Positions 8,915 to 20,002 of a stretch of 64,000 bases of DNA are shown in pieces (the stretch's first letter is position 1; the number at the start of each line of letters is the position of its first letter). The stretch lies in assembly GCA_045803545.1 (NCBI GenBank), contig JBJMOW010000004.1, positions 384,001 to 448,000 of the forward strand. The letters are read 5' to 3'. The notes below the pieces were generated by a model, which was not told the DNA's origin, made no database searches, and saw only the letters and a list, made by a program, of their open reading frames with translations. Origin of the DNA: Gemmatimonadaceae bacterium (GTDB lineage Bacteria; Gemmatimonadota; Gemmatimonadetes; Gemmatimonadales; Gemmatimonadaceae). The position numbers and the translations under genes are program-made.

Positions 8915-10639
8915 ATGAATGTTCATAGCATAGCTCGCATGAGCGGCGGGTCTGCCTACCTCTGGATGGCGGCACGTGCTCGTAATGCGCTACGACGGGT
9001 CCTGGTGTTTGGCATCGTCGGCGGTGTGACATTCATAGCTGCTCTGATTGCCTTCGTAGTGGTACCAAGAAGCGCATCGAGAAAAGCTCTTGCGGTTGCC
9101 TCCCGCATCGAAACCCGCAGTGACTCTGCACCAGAGGTGGCAGCGCGAGACAGATTTCTGACACAAACGAATACCGCTGATTCGATAATGAACGCGACGC
9201 GTGCTGCATTGGCGCCGCAACCGGTCGCAGTGATCGACACGTTTCCTCCAGCAGTGCGTGCTCAGCGTGACTCGTTGAGCGCGGAGTTGACGACGCTCAA
9301 TCGACTCATCGACCGTGCTGAGAACGCGCCGCTGCCGACGTCGTACAGAGCACTCGCAGCCTCACCGACGGTTGCGGCGGATCCGCGCGTGCGCGCGCTA
9401 CTCGATTCCCTCGCCGACATCGAGCGTGAGCGAAATGCATTTGGTGCTGTTGGCGGGGTTGATCCAGTGTATTTGTCGCTCACTTCCCGGGCGACTGCCA
9501 TAGGACGCGAGATAAAGGGAATCGCGGACGCCAAACGTGGCGAAATGCGAGGTAAACTCGCACTAATCCGGCCGACGCCCGCGCCGGTAGTGAAGCCTGT
9601 CATCAACGTCGACACCAACCAGGTGCTGGCGCAGAGGTCGGCGGCGCAGCGCCAGTACGCTGCCGCAATGAGCCAACTTGAGCAGATAAGACAGAAAAAT
9701 CTGCGCATCGATCAAGAGACAGCTCGCGCACGCGAGCTGGCGAACGTGGGTGCGCCGCCCTGGGCGATGTTGGCCGCGGCGGTCGTGTTGGCACTCGCTG
9801 TTGGATTTGCGGCTTCGTTCGGGACAGAGCTCAAGCGACCGCATATTGCTGATCCGCGTGAAGCAGAACAAATCAGCAACGCCCGTGTCCTGACAGTCAT
9901 CAAACCGCCGGAGATAGTTGTCGAAAGAAGTCGGAGACAGGCGGACGTCGAGGCGCCGCCCCTGATCGACGTGGTTTCGGAGAGCTACCGCACGCTGTAT
10001 CTCCACATCGCGTCCGTTGAGGCAAGCGTGCCGATCGTTACCATCACTGGTGACGATCCTGGTATTGTCGCTACCGTCGCTGCGAACCTCGCAGCATCCG
10101 CTGCCTACGAGGCCAGAAGTACTTTGCTGGTTGATGTCGATCCAACCACGTGCGCTGTGGCGAGTGTGTTGCGCATTCGACCCGATCCGGGCCTGGGCGG
10201 AATCATCAATGGCACTGCTAACTGGCCCGAGGCGATCGTACCGACGACTATAGGCCGCGACCGTCCGCTGGATGTGTTGCCGAGCGGTACCAGACGCTCC
10301 GGAATGCCGGAAACGAATGTGGTCGAGGAAGTGAAGAAAGAGCTGGCCCGGCTGCAGCGGCGTTACGACTTCATCATCATCGCAGCACCGACCAGCTATG
10401 TGCAGCGAAGCGCCGCCAGCATTATTCCCGCTCCCGACGTAATCCTATGCGCGCGGATGGCGCATACTACAATCGGCGGCCTCAAATCAGCAGTCGAGGG
10501 CCTGAGGGCAGCGGACATGCGAATCCACGGACTCGTCCTCTGGGACGCGGAAATGCCGCAGCTGGAGACTCGGGAGGAAATGCTCGGCGCTTCGCGACAG
10601 GCGGAATCCTTCCGGCCAGAGTTAGCGACTGCTCAGTAA
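8915..10639 (+). CDS. Wzc/BY-kinase-like membrane protein with degenerate P-loop
   Basis: Two TM segments flanking a coiled-coil region, then SESYRTL, ANLA, LLVDVD, LDVLPSG, YDFIII. Lacks GK[S/T]. Start uncertain. Confidence 0.65.
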   Translation: MNVHSIARMSGGSAYLWMAARARNALRRVLVFGIVGGVTFIAALIAFVVVPRSASRKALAVASRIETRSDSAPEVAARDRFLTQTNTADSIMNATRAALAPQPVAVIDTFPPAVRAQRDSLSAELTTLNRLIDRAENAPLPTSYRALAASPTVAADPRVRALLDSLADIERERNAFGAVGGVDPVYLSLTSRATAIGREIKGIADAKRGEMRGKLALIRPTPAPVVKPVINVDTNQVLAQRSAAQRQYAAAMSQLEQIRQKNLRIDQETARARELANVGAPPWAMLAAAVVLALAVGFAASFGTELKRPHIADPREAEQISNARVLTVIKPPEIVVERSRRQADVEAPPLIDVVSESYRTLYLHIASVEASVPIVTITGDDPGIVATVAANLAASAAYEARSTLLVDVDPTTCAVASVLRIRPDPGLGGIINGTANWPEAIVPTTIGRDRPLDVLPSGTRRSGMPETNVVEEVKKELARLQRRYDFIIIAAPTSYVQRSAASIIPAPDVILCARMAHTTIGGLKSAVEGLRAADMRIHGLVLWDAEMPQLETREEMLGASRQAESFRPELATAQ

Positions 10640-10646
10640 TCAGTAA

Positions 10647-11138
10647 ATGGCAGAAACAATTCCGGATCTGCGCGGACTTCCCAAAGCTCACGCGTATTCC
10701 GAGCTGGCAGGCCACACCGATGCAATCCTCGCAGGTGTAGATGATGTTGTGACCGCTATGTCGACCATCGCTTCTCTCGTTCACCATGCCTTCGGACATC
10801 TTTGGACCGGCTTCTACCGCGTGGTCGTGCCCGGTCAACTACTTCGTGTGGGTCCGTACCAGGGCACGCTGGGATGCATCGATATTGCGTTCGGACAGGG
10901 AGTCTGTGGGACCGCGGCTGCGGAAATGCGAACCGTTGTGGTCCCAAATGTCGCGGAGTTTCCCGGACATATAACGTGCGATTGCCGATCAAAGTCGGAG
11001 ATCGTTGTCCCGGTGCGTGACAGAAAGGGTGATCTGCTGGCGGTCTTCGACGTAGATTCTGAAAAGTTCAATTCGTTCGACATAGACGACCAGCAGGGTC
11101 TGGAAAACTTGATGTCCTGGTTCGCAGCCACCGCGTAA
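10647..11138 (+). CDS. msrC: GAF-domain free methionine-(R)-sulfoxide reductase
   Basis: WTGFY, GPYQG..GC, GVCGTAA, FPGHITCD, SEIVVP, DVDS motifs with three conserved Cys. Confidence 0.8.
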   Translation: MAETIPDLRGLPKAHAYSELAGHTDAILAGVDDVVTAMSTIASLVHHAFGHLWTGFYRVVVPGQLLRVGPYQGTLGCIDIAFGQGVCGTAAAEMRTVVVPNVAEFPGHITCDCRSKSEIVVPVRDRKGDLLAVFDVDSEKFNSFDIDDQQGLENLMSWFAATA

Positions 11139-11746
11139 TGCCCCTCTCCGGCTACTCTGACGTCATCAATCACGCGCTCGCCTTCGCGGCAAAGCATCAC
11201 GACCGTCAGGTGAGAAAGGGGACTAAGCTTCCCTACCTCACGCATCCGGCGAATGTGGCTATCATCCTCACGCGCTATGGCCAGGATACCGAGACGGTGG
11301 TCGCCGGTATTCTGCACGACGTGGTCGAGGACTGTGTTCGCGACGGCTATACCCGACAGATGCTCGAGCAAAGAATCGGTGACAAGTTCGGTCCGAACGT
11401 TCTGGAAACGGTGCTCACCGTTACGTACCGTCGGCACGACGATGATGGTGTCGAGCTTTCGGGTGACGACCGGCGCTCAGATTACCTCGAGCGACTCGCC
11501 GATGCGAGCGAGGGAGCGCGTTGGGTCTGCGCGGCAGACAAGCTGCACAATGCGTCGTCGATAATCTCCGACCTGCGACGGACGGTCGACCCCGACAGCG
11601 TGTGGACGCGGTTCAATCTCGGTAAGGCCGGGACGGCCCGGTGGTACCGCGATGTGTACGAGCGGCTGCGTGAGCTGGGTTTCAAAGCGCCAATCATGGC
11701 AGAACTCGACGCCGTGTCAGCGGAGCTCGCGAAATTTGCTGCCTGA
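11138..11746 (+). CDS. HD-domain small alarmone hydrolase (Mesh1/SpoT-HD-like)
   Basis: AAKHH..Q.RK...PY..HP, LHDVVED, ADKLHN. Confidence 0.8.
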   Translation: MPLSGYSDVINHALAFAAKHHDRQVRKGTKLPYLTHPANVAIILTRYGQDTETVVAGILHDVVEDCVRDGYTRQMLEQRIGDKFGPNVLETVLTVTYRRHDDDGVELSGDDRRSDYLERLADASEGARWVCAADKLHNASSIISDLRRTVDPDSVWTRFNLGKAGTARWYRDVYERLRELGFKAPIMAELDAVSAELAKFAA

Positions 11747-12982
11747 CTAGGTGAGCGCTGCGGTTCTGTCTGCGCCGTAAGTCCTCTCGACATAGTCGTC
11801 GAGAATCTTGAGAAACTCGGGAACGATCCCGTCGCCTTTGAGCGTCACCGACAGTTTGCCATCGATGTAGACCGGTGCTTTCGGCTCTTCGAACGTACCG
11901 GGTAAAGAGATTCCGATGTTTGCGTGCTTGGACTCCCCGGGCCCGTTGACTACGCAACCCATCACTGCGACTCGCATGTCGACCACGCGCGGATAACGCT
12001 GACGCCAAATCGGCATCTGCTCTCGCAGGTAGGTCTGAATGTCTTCCGCCATGTGCTGGAAGAAAGTCGATGTGGTGCGGCCGCAGCCGGGACAGGCGGT
12101 TACCTGTGGCGTGAAGCTTTGTAGTTCGAGCGACTGTAGAATCTGCTGCGCGACGCGCACTTCTTCGGTGCGATCACCGCCTGGACGCGGCGTAAGCGAG
12201 ACGCGAATGGTGTCACCAATCCCCTCCATCAGCAGGATCGACAATGCAGCGGTGCTGGCGATGATTCCCTTCGAGCCGAGACCTGCTTCGGTAAGGCCAA
12301 GATGAAGCGGGTAGTCGCAGCGCGCGGCAAGCCGGCGGTACACGGTGAGTAAATCCGGCACGCCCGACACCTTTGCAGAAATTACAATGCGATCGTGCCC
12401 GAGGCCCATCTCTTCGGCGATTCCAGCCGACCTGAGCGCACTCTGCAGCATTGCCTCGATGTAGACGTCTTTTGCTTCGCTCGCCTCGGTGCTTTTCGCA
12501 TTCTCATCCATTAGCTCGGTCAAAAGATCCTGGTCCAGCGAACCCCAATTGACGCCGATGCGGACCGGTTTTCCGTTGTCGAGCGCGACCTGGATGATGG
12601 TTCGGAAATTCTCGTCGCGCCGTTTACTGCCGACGTTACCCGGATTGATGCGGTATTTCGCCAGCGCTTTCGCCGCAGCCGGATACTTGGTGAGCAGTAG
12701 ATGGCCGTTGTAATGAAAGTCACCAATGACGGGCACGGTCACACCCATGTCGGCAAGGCGGCTCGCGATTTCGGGGACTGCACGCGCCGCCTCGTCGTTG
12801 TTGACGGTGACGCGAACGAGCTGACTACCGGCTCGGGTGAGATCCGCGACCTGAAGTGCGGTCGCGACCGCGTCCGCGGTATCCGTGTTCGTCATCGACT
12901 GCACGACAACGGGATAGGCGGACCCGACGGGGACGTCGCCGACGAATGCGGTTGGGGTCTTTCTGCGGTGAATGCTGGACAA
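11747..12982 (-). CDS. ispG: (E)-4-hydroxy-3-methylbut-2-enyl diphosphate synthase
   Basis: [31 protein letters not shown] and [10 protein letters not shown]. Start estimated (TTG 12982; ORF open to 13036). Confidence 0.93.
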   Translation of the reverse strand: MSSIHRRKTPTAFVGDVPVGSAYPVVVQSMTNTDTADAVATALQVADLTRAGSQLVRVTVNNDEAARAVPEIASRLADMGVTVPVIGDFHYNGHLLLTKYPAAAKALAKYRINPGNVGSKRRDENFRTIIQVALDNGKPVRIGVNWGSLDQDLLTELMDENAKSTEASEAKDVYIEAMLQSALRSAGIAEEMGLGHDRIVISAKVSGVPDLLTVYRRLAARCDYPLHLGLTEAGLGSKGIIASTAALSILLMEGIGDTIRVSLTPRPGGDRTEEVRVAQQILQSLELQSFTPQVTACPGCGRTTSTFFQHMAEDIQTYLREQMPIWRQRYPRVVDMRVAVMGCVVNGPGESKHANIGISLPGTFEEPKAPVYIDGKLSVTLKGDGIVPEFLKILDDYVERTYGADRTAALT

Positions 12983-13080
12983 CTGGGCTGGTCTGTGGTG
13001 AAAATGAAAGCTAATTCGCTGGCCTGAGCACTGCATAAAGGAGCAGTTGACTTCCCTGCCTCATCCAAACCGGAGTCTGG

Positions 13081-13521
13081 ATGGTCGATGATACCCCACA
13101 GCCGGCAGAAACTTCGCCAGCCGTTGCACCACCCGCGTCAGCACCGCACCGGACGCGGAACAAAGCACTGACTGTTCTTCTCCTCCTCACCCTTATCCCG
13201 GTGGTGGTAATCGCGCTGTGGATTTGGGTCGCGCTGGGATACACCTATTCGAACGGCGAGCGAGCGGGATATCTGCAGAAGATTTCCAAGAAGGGATGGC
13301 TCTGTAAGACGTGGGAAGGAGAGATTGCGATGACGCCACTACCCGGAGCAACACCGCAGTACTTCTCGTTCACGGTTAGAAATGACTCGTTAGCGCACGT
13401 GCTCGAACAAAACGCAGGCAAACAAGTGTCACTCACGTATGACCAGCATCGGGGCATACCGACGAGTTGTTTCGGCGAGACTGAGTATTTCGTAACGGCA
13501 GTGCGCAGAATAACCCCGTGA
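13081..13521 (+). CDS. Conserved membrane-anchored protein of unknown function
   Basis: One TM helix followed by YS.GERAG...K.S.KGW.CKTWEGE. Confidence 0.7.
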   Translation: MVDDTPQPAETSPAVAPPASAPHRTRNKALTVLLLLTLIPVVVIALWIWVALGYTYSNGERAGYLQKISKKGWLCKTWEGEIAMTPLPGATPQYFSFTVRNDSLAHVLEQNAGKQVSLTYDQHRGIPTSCFGETEYFVTAVRRITP

Positions 13522-13699
13522 TTCTGTCTATTGTCTGCTCAGCCGGGACTAGCTATTTTGTCCGCCAAGTCAGGCCAGGGCAGGGCAACTGCTTTGCTCG
13601 GCTTTTTTCCAGCGCGAGGTAGCTGAGACTCGCGTAACAGATTGTCGAGGGTCGGGCGTTCCGCGCTCCCCAAGACACAAATTTCTTCAGGAGTAGGGA

Positions 13700-13909
13700 A
13701 TGCGTACGACCGGCAAAGTGAAGTGGTTCAACGACGCGAAGGGTTTTGGATTCATCACACCTGACAACGGGCAGAAGGATTGCTTCGTTCACTACAGCGC
13801 CATCTCCGGCTCGGGATTCAAATCCCTTGCTGAAGGCGATGCTGTGGAGTTCGACATCGTCGAAGGTCAGAAAGGCCCAGCTGCCGAGAACGTGACGAAG
13901 GCTTCCTAA
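13700..13909 (+). CDS. csp: Cold-shock protein
   Basis: [15 protein letters not shown] and FVHYSAI RNP motifs; AGGAG SD. Confidence 0.97.
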   Translation: MRTTGKVKWFNDAKGFGFITPDNGQKDCFVHYSAISGSGFKSLAEGDAVEFDIVEGQKGPAAENVTKAS

Positions 13910-13910
13910 G

Positions 13911-14339
13911 TCACACCAGCTTCACTGGCACAATCTGGCGGGGCGTCTCAATCGAGACGCCCGTTGTTTTTTGTGGTGGGCGACCGCGACGCGGAAGTGG
14001 GGCCATCTCGACTGCGTGCTCGAGGCGCTCAAGGAGCACGGCCTCAATATGCTGGAGATCGATCTCCAGCGTGACGCCGAGAGAGAGCTTGAATCGCCCG
14101 TGGGCTTTTATGATCTGAGTGCCGACATCCACGGCATTCCCAACTGGGACGTCTAGGTCGTGGATCAGGGTGAGCGCGATGGACAGAATGATGAGCGATT
14201 CGACGGAAAGCTTTCGGGCGATCCCCTGTCGAGCTTGAGTTACCCCTTGCACGCCAAAGTGGGATAAGGTATTGTCGATCCACTTAGGTGAGACGTTAAG
14301 GGCAAGTGCAGCAGTAGCAACAGTATATGCGCGAGGCAC
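13911..14339 (-). CDS. Hypothetical DNA-binding protein (N-terminal HTH-like region, C-terminal PRRGRP)
   Basis: YTVATAALALNVSPKWIDN resembles a MerR/excisionase HTH; promoter TTGCGT-N17-TAGGAT-N5-GTG upstream. Confidence 0.6.
   Translation of the reverse strand: MPRAYTVATAALALNVSPKWIDNTLSHFGVQGVTQARQGIARKLSVESLIILSIALTLIHDLDVPVGNAVDVGTQIIKAHGRFKLSLGVTLEIDLQHIEAVLLERLEHAVEMAPLPRRGRPPQKTTGVSIETPRQIVPVKLV
13941..13972 (+). terminator. Intrinsic terminator of csp, lying inside the 3' end of the convergent ORF
   Basis: GGGCGTCTC-AATC-GAGACGCCC followed by GTTGTTTTTT. Confidence 0.75.
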
Positions 14340-14398
14340 TAATTATCCTAGCGAACAAGGATATTTAACGCAACTTCAAACATGACCCGAGCACCGCT

Positions 14399-14938
14399 AT
14401 GAGAAAACTTCTGGTTTTGTTTTTGGCCTTTGCGGCACTAGTCCCTTCTTTGGCATCAGCTCAAAAAGGCTATGCACTTGGAGTCGGCGGAGGCGCCGCG
14501 ATACCCGTAGGCAAGTTGGGCGATCTTCAAAAGACTGGATACTCAGCGCTGGTCACCCTCGCCCTCGGCTCACCCGACTTTCCCATTGGAATGCGTATTG
14601 ATGGGATATACAATAATCTAACTCACGCTACGCCGGCACCCGGTGCGGCGGCCGGGGATTTACGTGTTGCGGGTGCGTTACTCGATCTCGTTTACGCCTT
14701 TCCCGGCACGTATGCCAAGCCCTACCTGCTGGCGGGAGCTGGATGGTATGGATCAAAGGTCGATACCGCCGGCGCGATAGCGCAAAACAACGTTGGATTC
14801 AACGGTGGACTGGGGATCACCTTTGGATTTGGTCCAGCGGCTGCCTTCCTCGAAGCTCGATACCACTCTGTTTCGCGCACGGTCACGAAAGGCGGCGTGT
14901 TCCAGTTTGTGCCGATTACGTTCGGCTTGATGTTCTAA
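14399..14938 (+). CDS. Outer-membrane beta-barrel protein
   Basis: Signal peptide (ASA-Q), alternating beta strands, PYLLAGAG, C-terminal Phe. Confidence 0.8.
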   Translation: MRKLLVLFLAFAALVPSLASAQKGYALGVGGGAAIPVGKLGDLQKTGYSALVTLALGSPDFPIGMRIDGIYNNLTHATPAPGAAAGDLRVAGALLDLVYAFPGTYAKPYLLAGAGWYGSKVDTAGAIAQNNVGFNGGLGITFGFGPAAAFLEARYHSVSRTVTKGGVFQFVPITFGLMF

Positions 14939-16365
14939 ACAGCGCGCAGGATCAGCTCGTTGCCGCGAGCGATTTCCAACTCAGGTCTCAACGCGTCTCG
15001 TGCTGCCTGAAGCTGTGCGGCCACTGAAGCCGGACCGGTCGCGCCAGGTACCTCACGGCGCGAAACCGACATTGTCGGCTCCAGCCAATCGAGAACGTCA
15101 TCACCGAAGAGACGGTGTGCTGCCTTGAACGCAGCAAGCGGAAGCGCGTCGAGCTCACATCCTTCCCGTTCGCTATCACGGATCAACGAGCCGATCGCTG
15201 AGTGAGCTTCACGGAAAGTCGCACCCTTTTCGACGAGATAATCGGCAAGATCTGTCGCCATCATACTGCTCGATATCGCGCTGCGCATCCGCTTCTGGTT
15301 GAAACGTATCTCCTGCAACGCACCCGCCACGGCCGGAAGCACCAGAAGCACGGTGTCCACACCATCGAACAGCACTCGTTTGTCATCCTGAAGATCTTTA
15401 TTGTATCCGCTCGGCAAGCCCTTGAGTGTTGACAGTAGAGTGCTGAGATCGCCGATCGCTCGCGCGCCTGAGCCGCGTGCTAGTTCGAGTGCGTCCGGAT
15501 TCCGCTTTTGCGGCATCATGCTAGACCCCGTGGTAAACGCGTCTCCGAACTGGACGAAACCGTATTCACTCGAACCGTAGATGATGAGATCTTCGGCCAT
15601 GCGTGACACGTGGGTCGCAATCATTGCCACAGCGAACAGCATTTCAGCTACGAAATCACGATCGCCCACAGCGTCGATGCTGTTCTGCGACAGCGAGCTG
15701 AAGCCGAGGCTACCCTGGAGCAAAACGCGGGAAACGGGAAATGCACAGCCAGCGACTGCACCTGCACCGAGTGGAAGCACAGCGGTGACGCGTGCCGCAG
15801 CGGCAACTCGGGCGCGATCACGCTCGAGTGGCCAAAAATGCGACAGCATCCAATGAGCAGCGAGCACGGGCTGGGCGCGCTGCATATGCGTGTAAGCCGG
15901 CATCATCGCGTCGGCCAGTGCGCTCGCGTGTTCCAGCATTACCCGCTGCAGCGAGCGCACAGCGTTATCCAGCTTCGCACACGCGTCCATCGTCCACAGC
16001 CTGGTTGCCGTGGCGACCTGATCGTTGCGACTGCGACCGGTGTGGAGCTTTGAAGCGACGGCTCCGATTTCTTCATGCAGCATGCGATCGATGAGCGTAT
16101 GCACGTCTTCGTCGGATGCGATTGGCTGCGCCCCGGAGGAGAGCTTCTGACCAACCATATCGAGACCGCGCTCGATCTTTTTGCTTTCGTCGAGCGTGAG
16201 CACTCCAGCGCCCCAAAGCGCGACAGCCCAGGCCTGCGAAAGGCTTATGTCAAAAGGCCAGAGACGATAGTCAATGGCAATCGAGCGGTTGAGTGCCTCG
16301 AGCGCAGCGGCAGGGGGTACCGCAAAGCGACCGCCCCACAGCTTGTGTGAAGTGTGATCGGACAT
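14935..16365 (-). CDS. argH: Argininosuccinate lyase
   Basis: LWGGRF, HTGRSRNDQ, GSSMMPQKRNPD. Confidence 0.97.
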   Translation of the reverse strand: MSDHTSHKLWGGRFAVPPAAALEALNRSIAIDYRLWPFDISLSQAWAVALWGAGVLTLDESKKIERGLDMVGQKLSSGAQPIASDEDVHTLIDRMLHEEIGAVASKLHTGRSRNDQVATATRLWTMDACAKLDNAVRSLQRVMLEHASALADAMMPAYTHMQRAQPVLAAHWMLSHFWPLERDRARVAAAARVTAVLPLGAGAVAGCAFPVSRVLLQGSLGFSSLSQNSIDAVGDRDFVAEMLFAVAMIATHVSRMAEDLIIYGSSEYGFVQFGDAFTTGSSMMPQKRNPDALELARGSGARAIGDLSTLLSTLKGLPSGYNKDLQDDKRVLFDGVDTVLLVLPAVAGALQEIRFNQKRMRSAISSSMMATDLADYLVEKGATFREAHSAIGSLIRDSEREGCELDALPLAAFKAAHRLFGDDVLDWLEPTMSVSRREVPGATGPASVAAQLQAARDALRPELEIARGNELILRAV

Positions 16366-16381
16366 AGCGACCTCCTTCAGC

Positions 16382-17650
<1,269 letters not shown>

Positions 17651-17655
17651 GGTCG

Positions 17656-17694
17656 CCTCAATAAGTATTCAGAATCACTGAATATTTAATCGGT
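17656..17694 (-). promoter_or_regulatory. Tandem ARG boxes at the argG promoter
   Basis: Minus strand ACCGATTAAATATTCAGT-gat-TCTGAATACTTATTGAGG: two 18-bp boxes with a 3-bp spacer, downstream of a TTGACG -35. Confidence 0.8.
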
Positions 17695-17717
17695 TCAGAC
17701 GGGTCCGTCAATACTTG

Positions 17718-18176
17718 TCAGGGCTCGCCGGCGAGGCTTTTGAGTCGGCGATGAGTGCGCTCTCTGGCAGCAACGGAGCGACAGATGATCAGGATCGTGT
17801 CATCTCCGCCAACGGTGCCCAGGATGTCGCTCCAGCCTTCGCCATCCAACGCAGCCGCAATGGGTTGAGCGCCGCCGGGCACTGTCCGCAATACCAGCAT
17901 TTCGCTGACACCATCAACCCTGAGAAACAATTGGGGGAGGAGGGTATCGAGTGCAGCTCTGCTCTCCTCGATATTGCCATCGGTAACGGCGTAGCGCGCA
18001 CCTTCAGGGGTGGGCACGCGCGCCAGGCGGAGCTCACGGAGGTCGCGGGAAAGCGTTGCTTGCGTTACGTCCCAGCCGCGCTGAAGCAACAGCTTGCGCA
18101 GGTCTTCCTGGCTGCTGACTGCCCGTGACTCGATGATCTCGAGAATGGTATCGTGTCGTTCGCGTTTGTTCGCCAC
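17718..18176 (-). CDS. argR: Arginine repressor
   Basis: VTQATLSRDLREL and GTVGGDDTIL motifs. Confidence 0.95.
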   Translation of the reverse strand: MANKRERHDTILEIIESRAVSSQEDLRKLLLQRGWDVTQATLSRDLRELRLARVPTPEGARYAVTDGNIEESRAALDTLLPQLFLRVDGVSEMLVLRTVPGGAQPIAAALDGEGWSDILGTVGGDDTILIICRSVAARERTHRRLKSLAGEP

Positions 18177-18227
18177 GGGATGATTCTACTACGCCCGTCA
18201 CCAATTCGCGAGACAAGGCGTGAATCA

Positions 18228-18279
18228 TTGACGCGCCCTCGGTGTAATGTTATGCATTCACTATGCATAAAATTCCGGT
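18228..18279 (+). promoter_or_regulatory. argC promoter with tandem ARG boxes overlapping the start codon
   Basis: TTGACG at 18228; boxes GGTGTAATGTTATGCATT (18241-18258) and TATGCATAAAATTCCGGT (18262-18279) separated by 3 bp. Confidence 0.7.
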
Positions 18280-19234
18280 TGGGGTCTTGGGCGCGAGTGG
18301 CTATGCCGGCAGGGAGCTTTGCGGGTTGATCGCACAGCATCCCGGGCTGTCGCTTGCGTTTGCCTCTGCCAACGAGCAGCGCGGGCAGCGCGCCCGGGTG
18401 GGACCGGTAGAGTTAACGTACGTCGCAACCGAGGACGCTCCGCTCAACAAAGCCGAAGTCGTGTTTACCGCTTTGCCGCACGGCACCGCAGCGAAATGGG
18501 TCGCTAATGCCCGATCTGAAGGCGCGCGCGTGGTCGATCTCTCGGCGGATTTTAGGCCTGGCGGAAGTACCTCGCCAGCTGTGCCCGCTCCCTACGGCCT
18601 TACGGAGCTCATGCGCGCTCAGATCCCCGGCGCGGAAATAGTGGCAAACCCCGGCTGCTATCCGACGGCCATTCTGATCGCCATCGCCCCGCTGCTGACG
18701 AACGGGCTGGTGCCGGCTGACGCTACTATAAATGTATCGGCCGCGAGCGGAGTCACCGGGGCCGGCTACTCGGCGCGACCCGATCTGCTCTTCGCTGAAG
18801 TCGTCGAGGATTTCAAGGCGTATGCGGTCGGGAACCAGCATCGGCACATCGCTGAGATGCGGGCTGTCGCAGGCGAGCTGAACGGCGCGGACGTCGACAT
18901 CCTCTTTACGCCGCACCTGTTGCCGGTTGCGCGTGGGATTCTCGCTACGATTACAGTTCCGATCAAGAACGTTATCGAGGACCCGCACGAGCTCTGGCAG
19001 GCTTTCTATAGCAGTGAGCCGTTCGTGGAGATCGCAGATTCGCCGCCCTCGTTGCGTGATGTCGTTCGTCGCAACGTCGTGCGACTGAGCGTGTCCAAAG
19101 CGGCAAACGTCAAACAGCCGACTCTCATCATCATTTCGGCGATCGATAATCTCATGAAAGGTGCAGCGGGGCAGGCGGTACAGAACGCGAATGTGCTGCT
19201 GGGTCTCGCCGAGCAGTCGGGGCTGCCAGCGTAA
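18263..19234 (+). CDS. argC: N-acetyl-gamma-glutamyl-phosphate reductase
   Basis: GASGYAG, DLSADFR, ANPGCYPT, IDNLMKGAAGQAVQN. Confidence 0.95.
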   Translation: MHKIPVGVLGASGYAGRELCGLIAQHPGLSLAFASANEQRGQRARVGPVELTYVATEDAPLNKAEVVFTALPHGTAAKWVANARSEGARVVDLSADFRPGGSTSPAVPAPYGLTELMRAQIPGAEIVANPGCYPTAILIAIAPLLTNGLVPADATINVSAASGVTGAGYSARPDLLFAEVVEDFKAYAVGNQHRHIAEMRAVAGELNGADVDILFTPHLLPVARGILATITVPIKNVIEDPHELWQAFYSSEPFVEIADSPPSLRDVVRRNVVRLSVSKAANVKQPTLIIISAIDNLMKGAAGQAVQNANVLLGLAEQSGLPA

Positions 19235-20002
19235 ATGCGTGTACTCAAAATCGGGGGTCGAGCACAGCGCGACCCGATGCTTTCGCGCGTAATTCGCGAC
19301 GCCTGGAACGCGGCACCTGGTGAGCTATGTATGGTTCACGGCGGCGGTGATGAGGTCTCGGCGATGCAGCGCGCACTGGGTCGGGAAGCGGCTTTCATTG
19401 GCGGTCGCCGGGTAACTTCTCAAGGCGATCTCGAGCTCTTGCGAATGGTGCTTTCCGGTGTCGTCAACAAAAGGCTGGTTAGCTCACTCGTTGCGGCCGA
19501 TGTACCCGCTATTGGAATCTCCGGTGAGGACGGTGCGTTGATCAGCGCGGCGTTTATCGACCGCGCGCTATTGGGGTACGCGGGGAGACCATTGAGCATA
19601 AACAAGGAACTGCTGGTGTCGTTGTTGAACTCAGGCTATCTCCCGATCATTTCCCCTGTCGCGTTCAATAGTGAGACCGGTGTTGGTGGCGCACTCAACG
19701 TAAACGGTGATGACGCGGCCGCCGCAATCGCGGCATCACTGGCTGCGAGCGAGCTGTTGTTGATCGCGGATGTCGAAGGTGTGCTGGACACCGAAGGTCG
19801 CGTGGTGAGCGCGCTGACGCTCGAACAGGCGCGCGACATGGTTGCGAACGGGACGGCAGCAGCTGGAATGGCAGCAAAACTCGAATCGGCAGAGGCTGCG
19901 CTTTTGAACGGCGTTGCTTCTGTACGGATTTGTGCATTGCGGGGAGTTGCCGACACGCAGTGTGGAACGTTCTTAACTCAATCCCAGAGTGTGGCGATAT
20001 GA
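19235..20002 (+). CDS. argB: Acetylglutamate kinase
   Basis: LKIGG, VHGGG, GRRVT, NVNGD; arg cluster context. Confidence 0.92.
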   Translation: MRVLKIGGRAQRDPMLSRVIRDAWNAAPGELCMVHGGGDEVSAMQRALGREAAFIGGRRVTSQGDLELLRMVLSGVVNKRLVSSLVAADVPAIGISGEDGALISAAFIDRALLGYAGRPLSINKELLVSLLNSGYLPIISPVAFNSETGVGGALNVNGDDAAAAIAASLAASELLLIADVEGVLDTEGRVVSALTLEQARDMVANGTAAAGMAAKLESAEAALLNGVASVRICALRGVADTQCGTFLTQSQSVAI

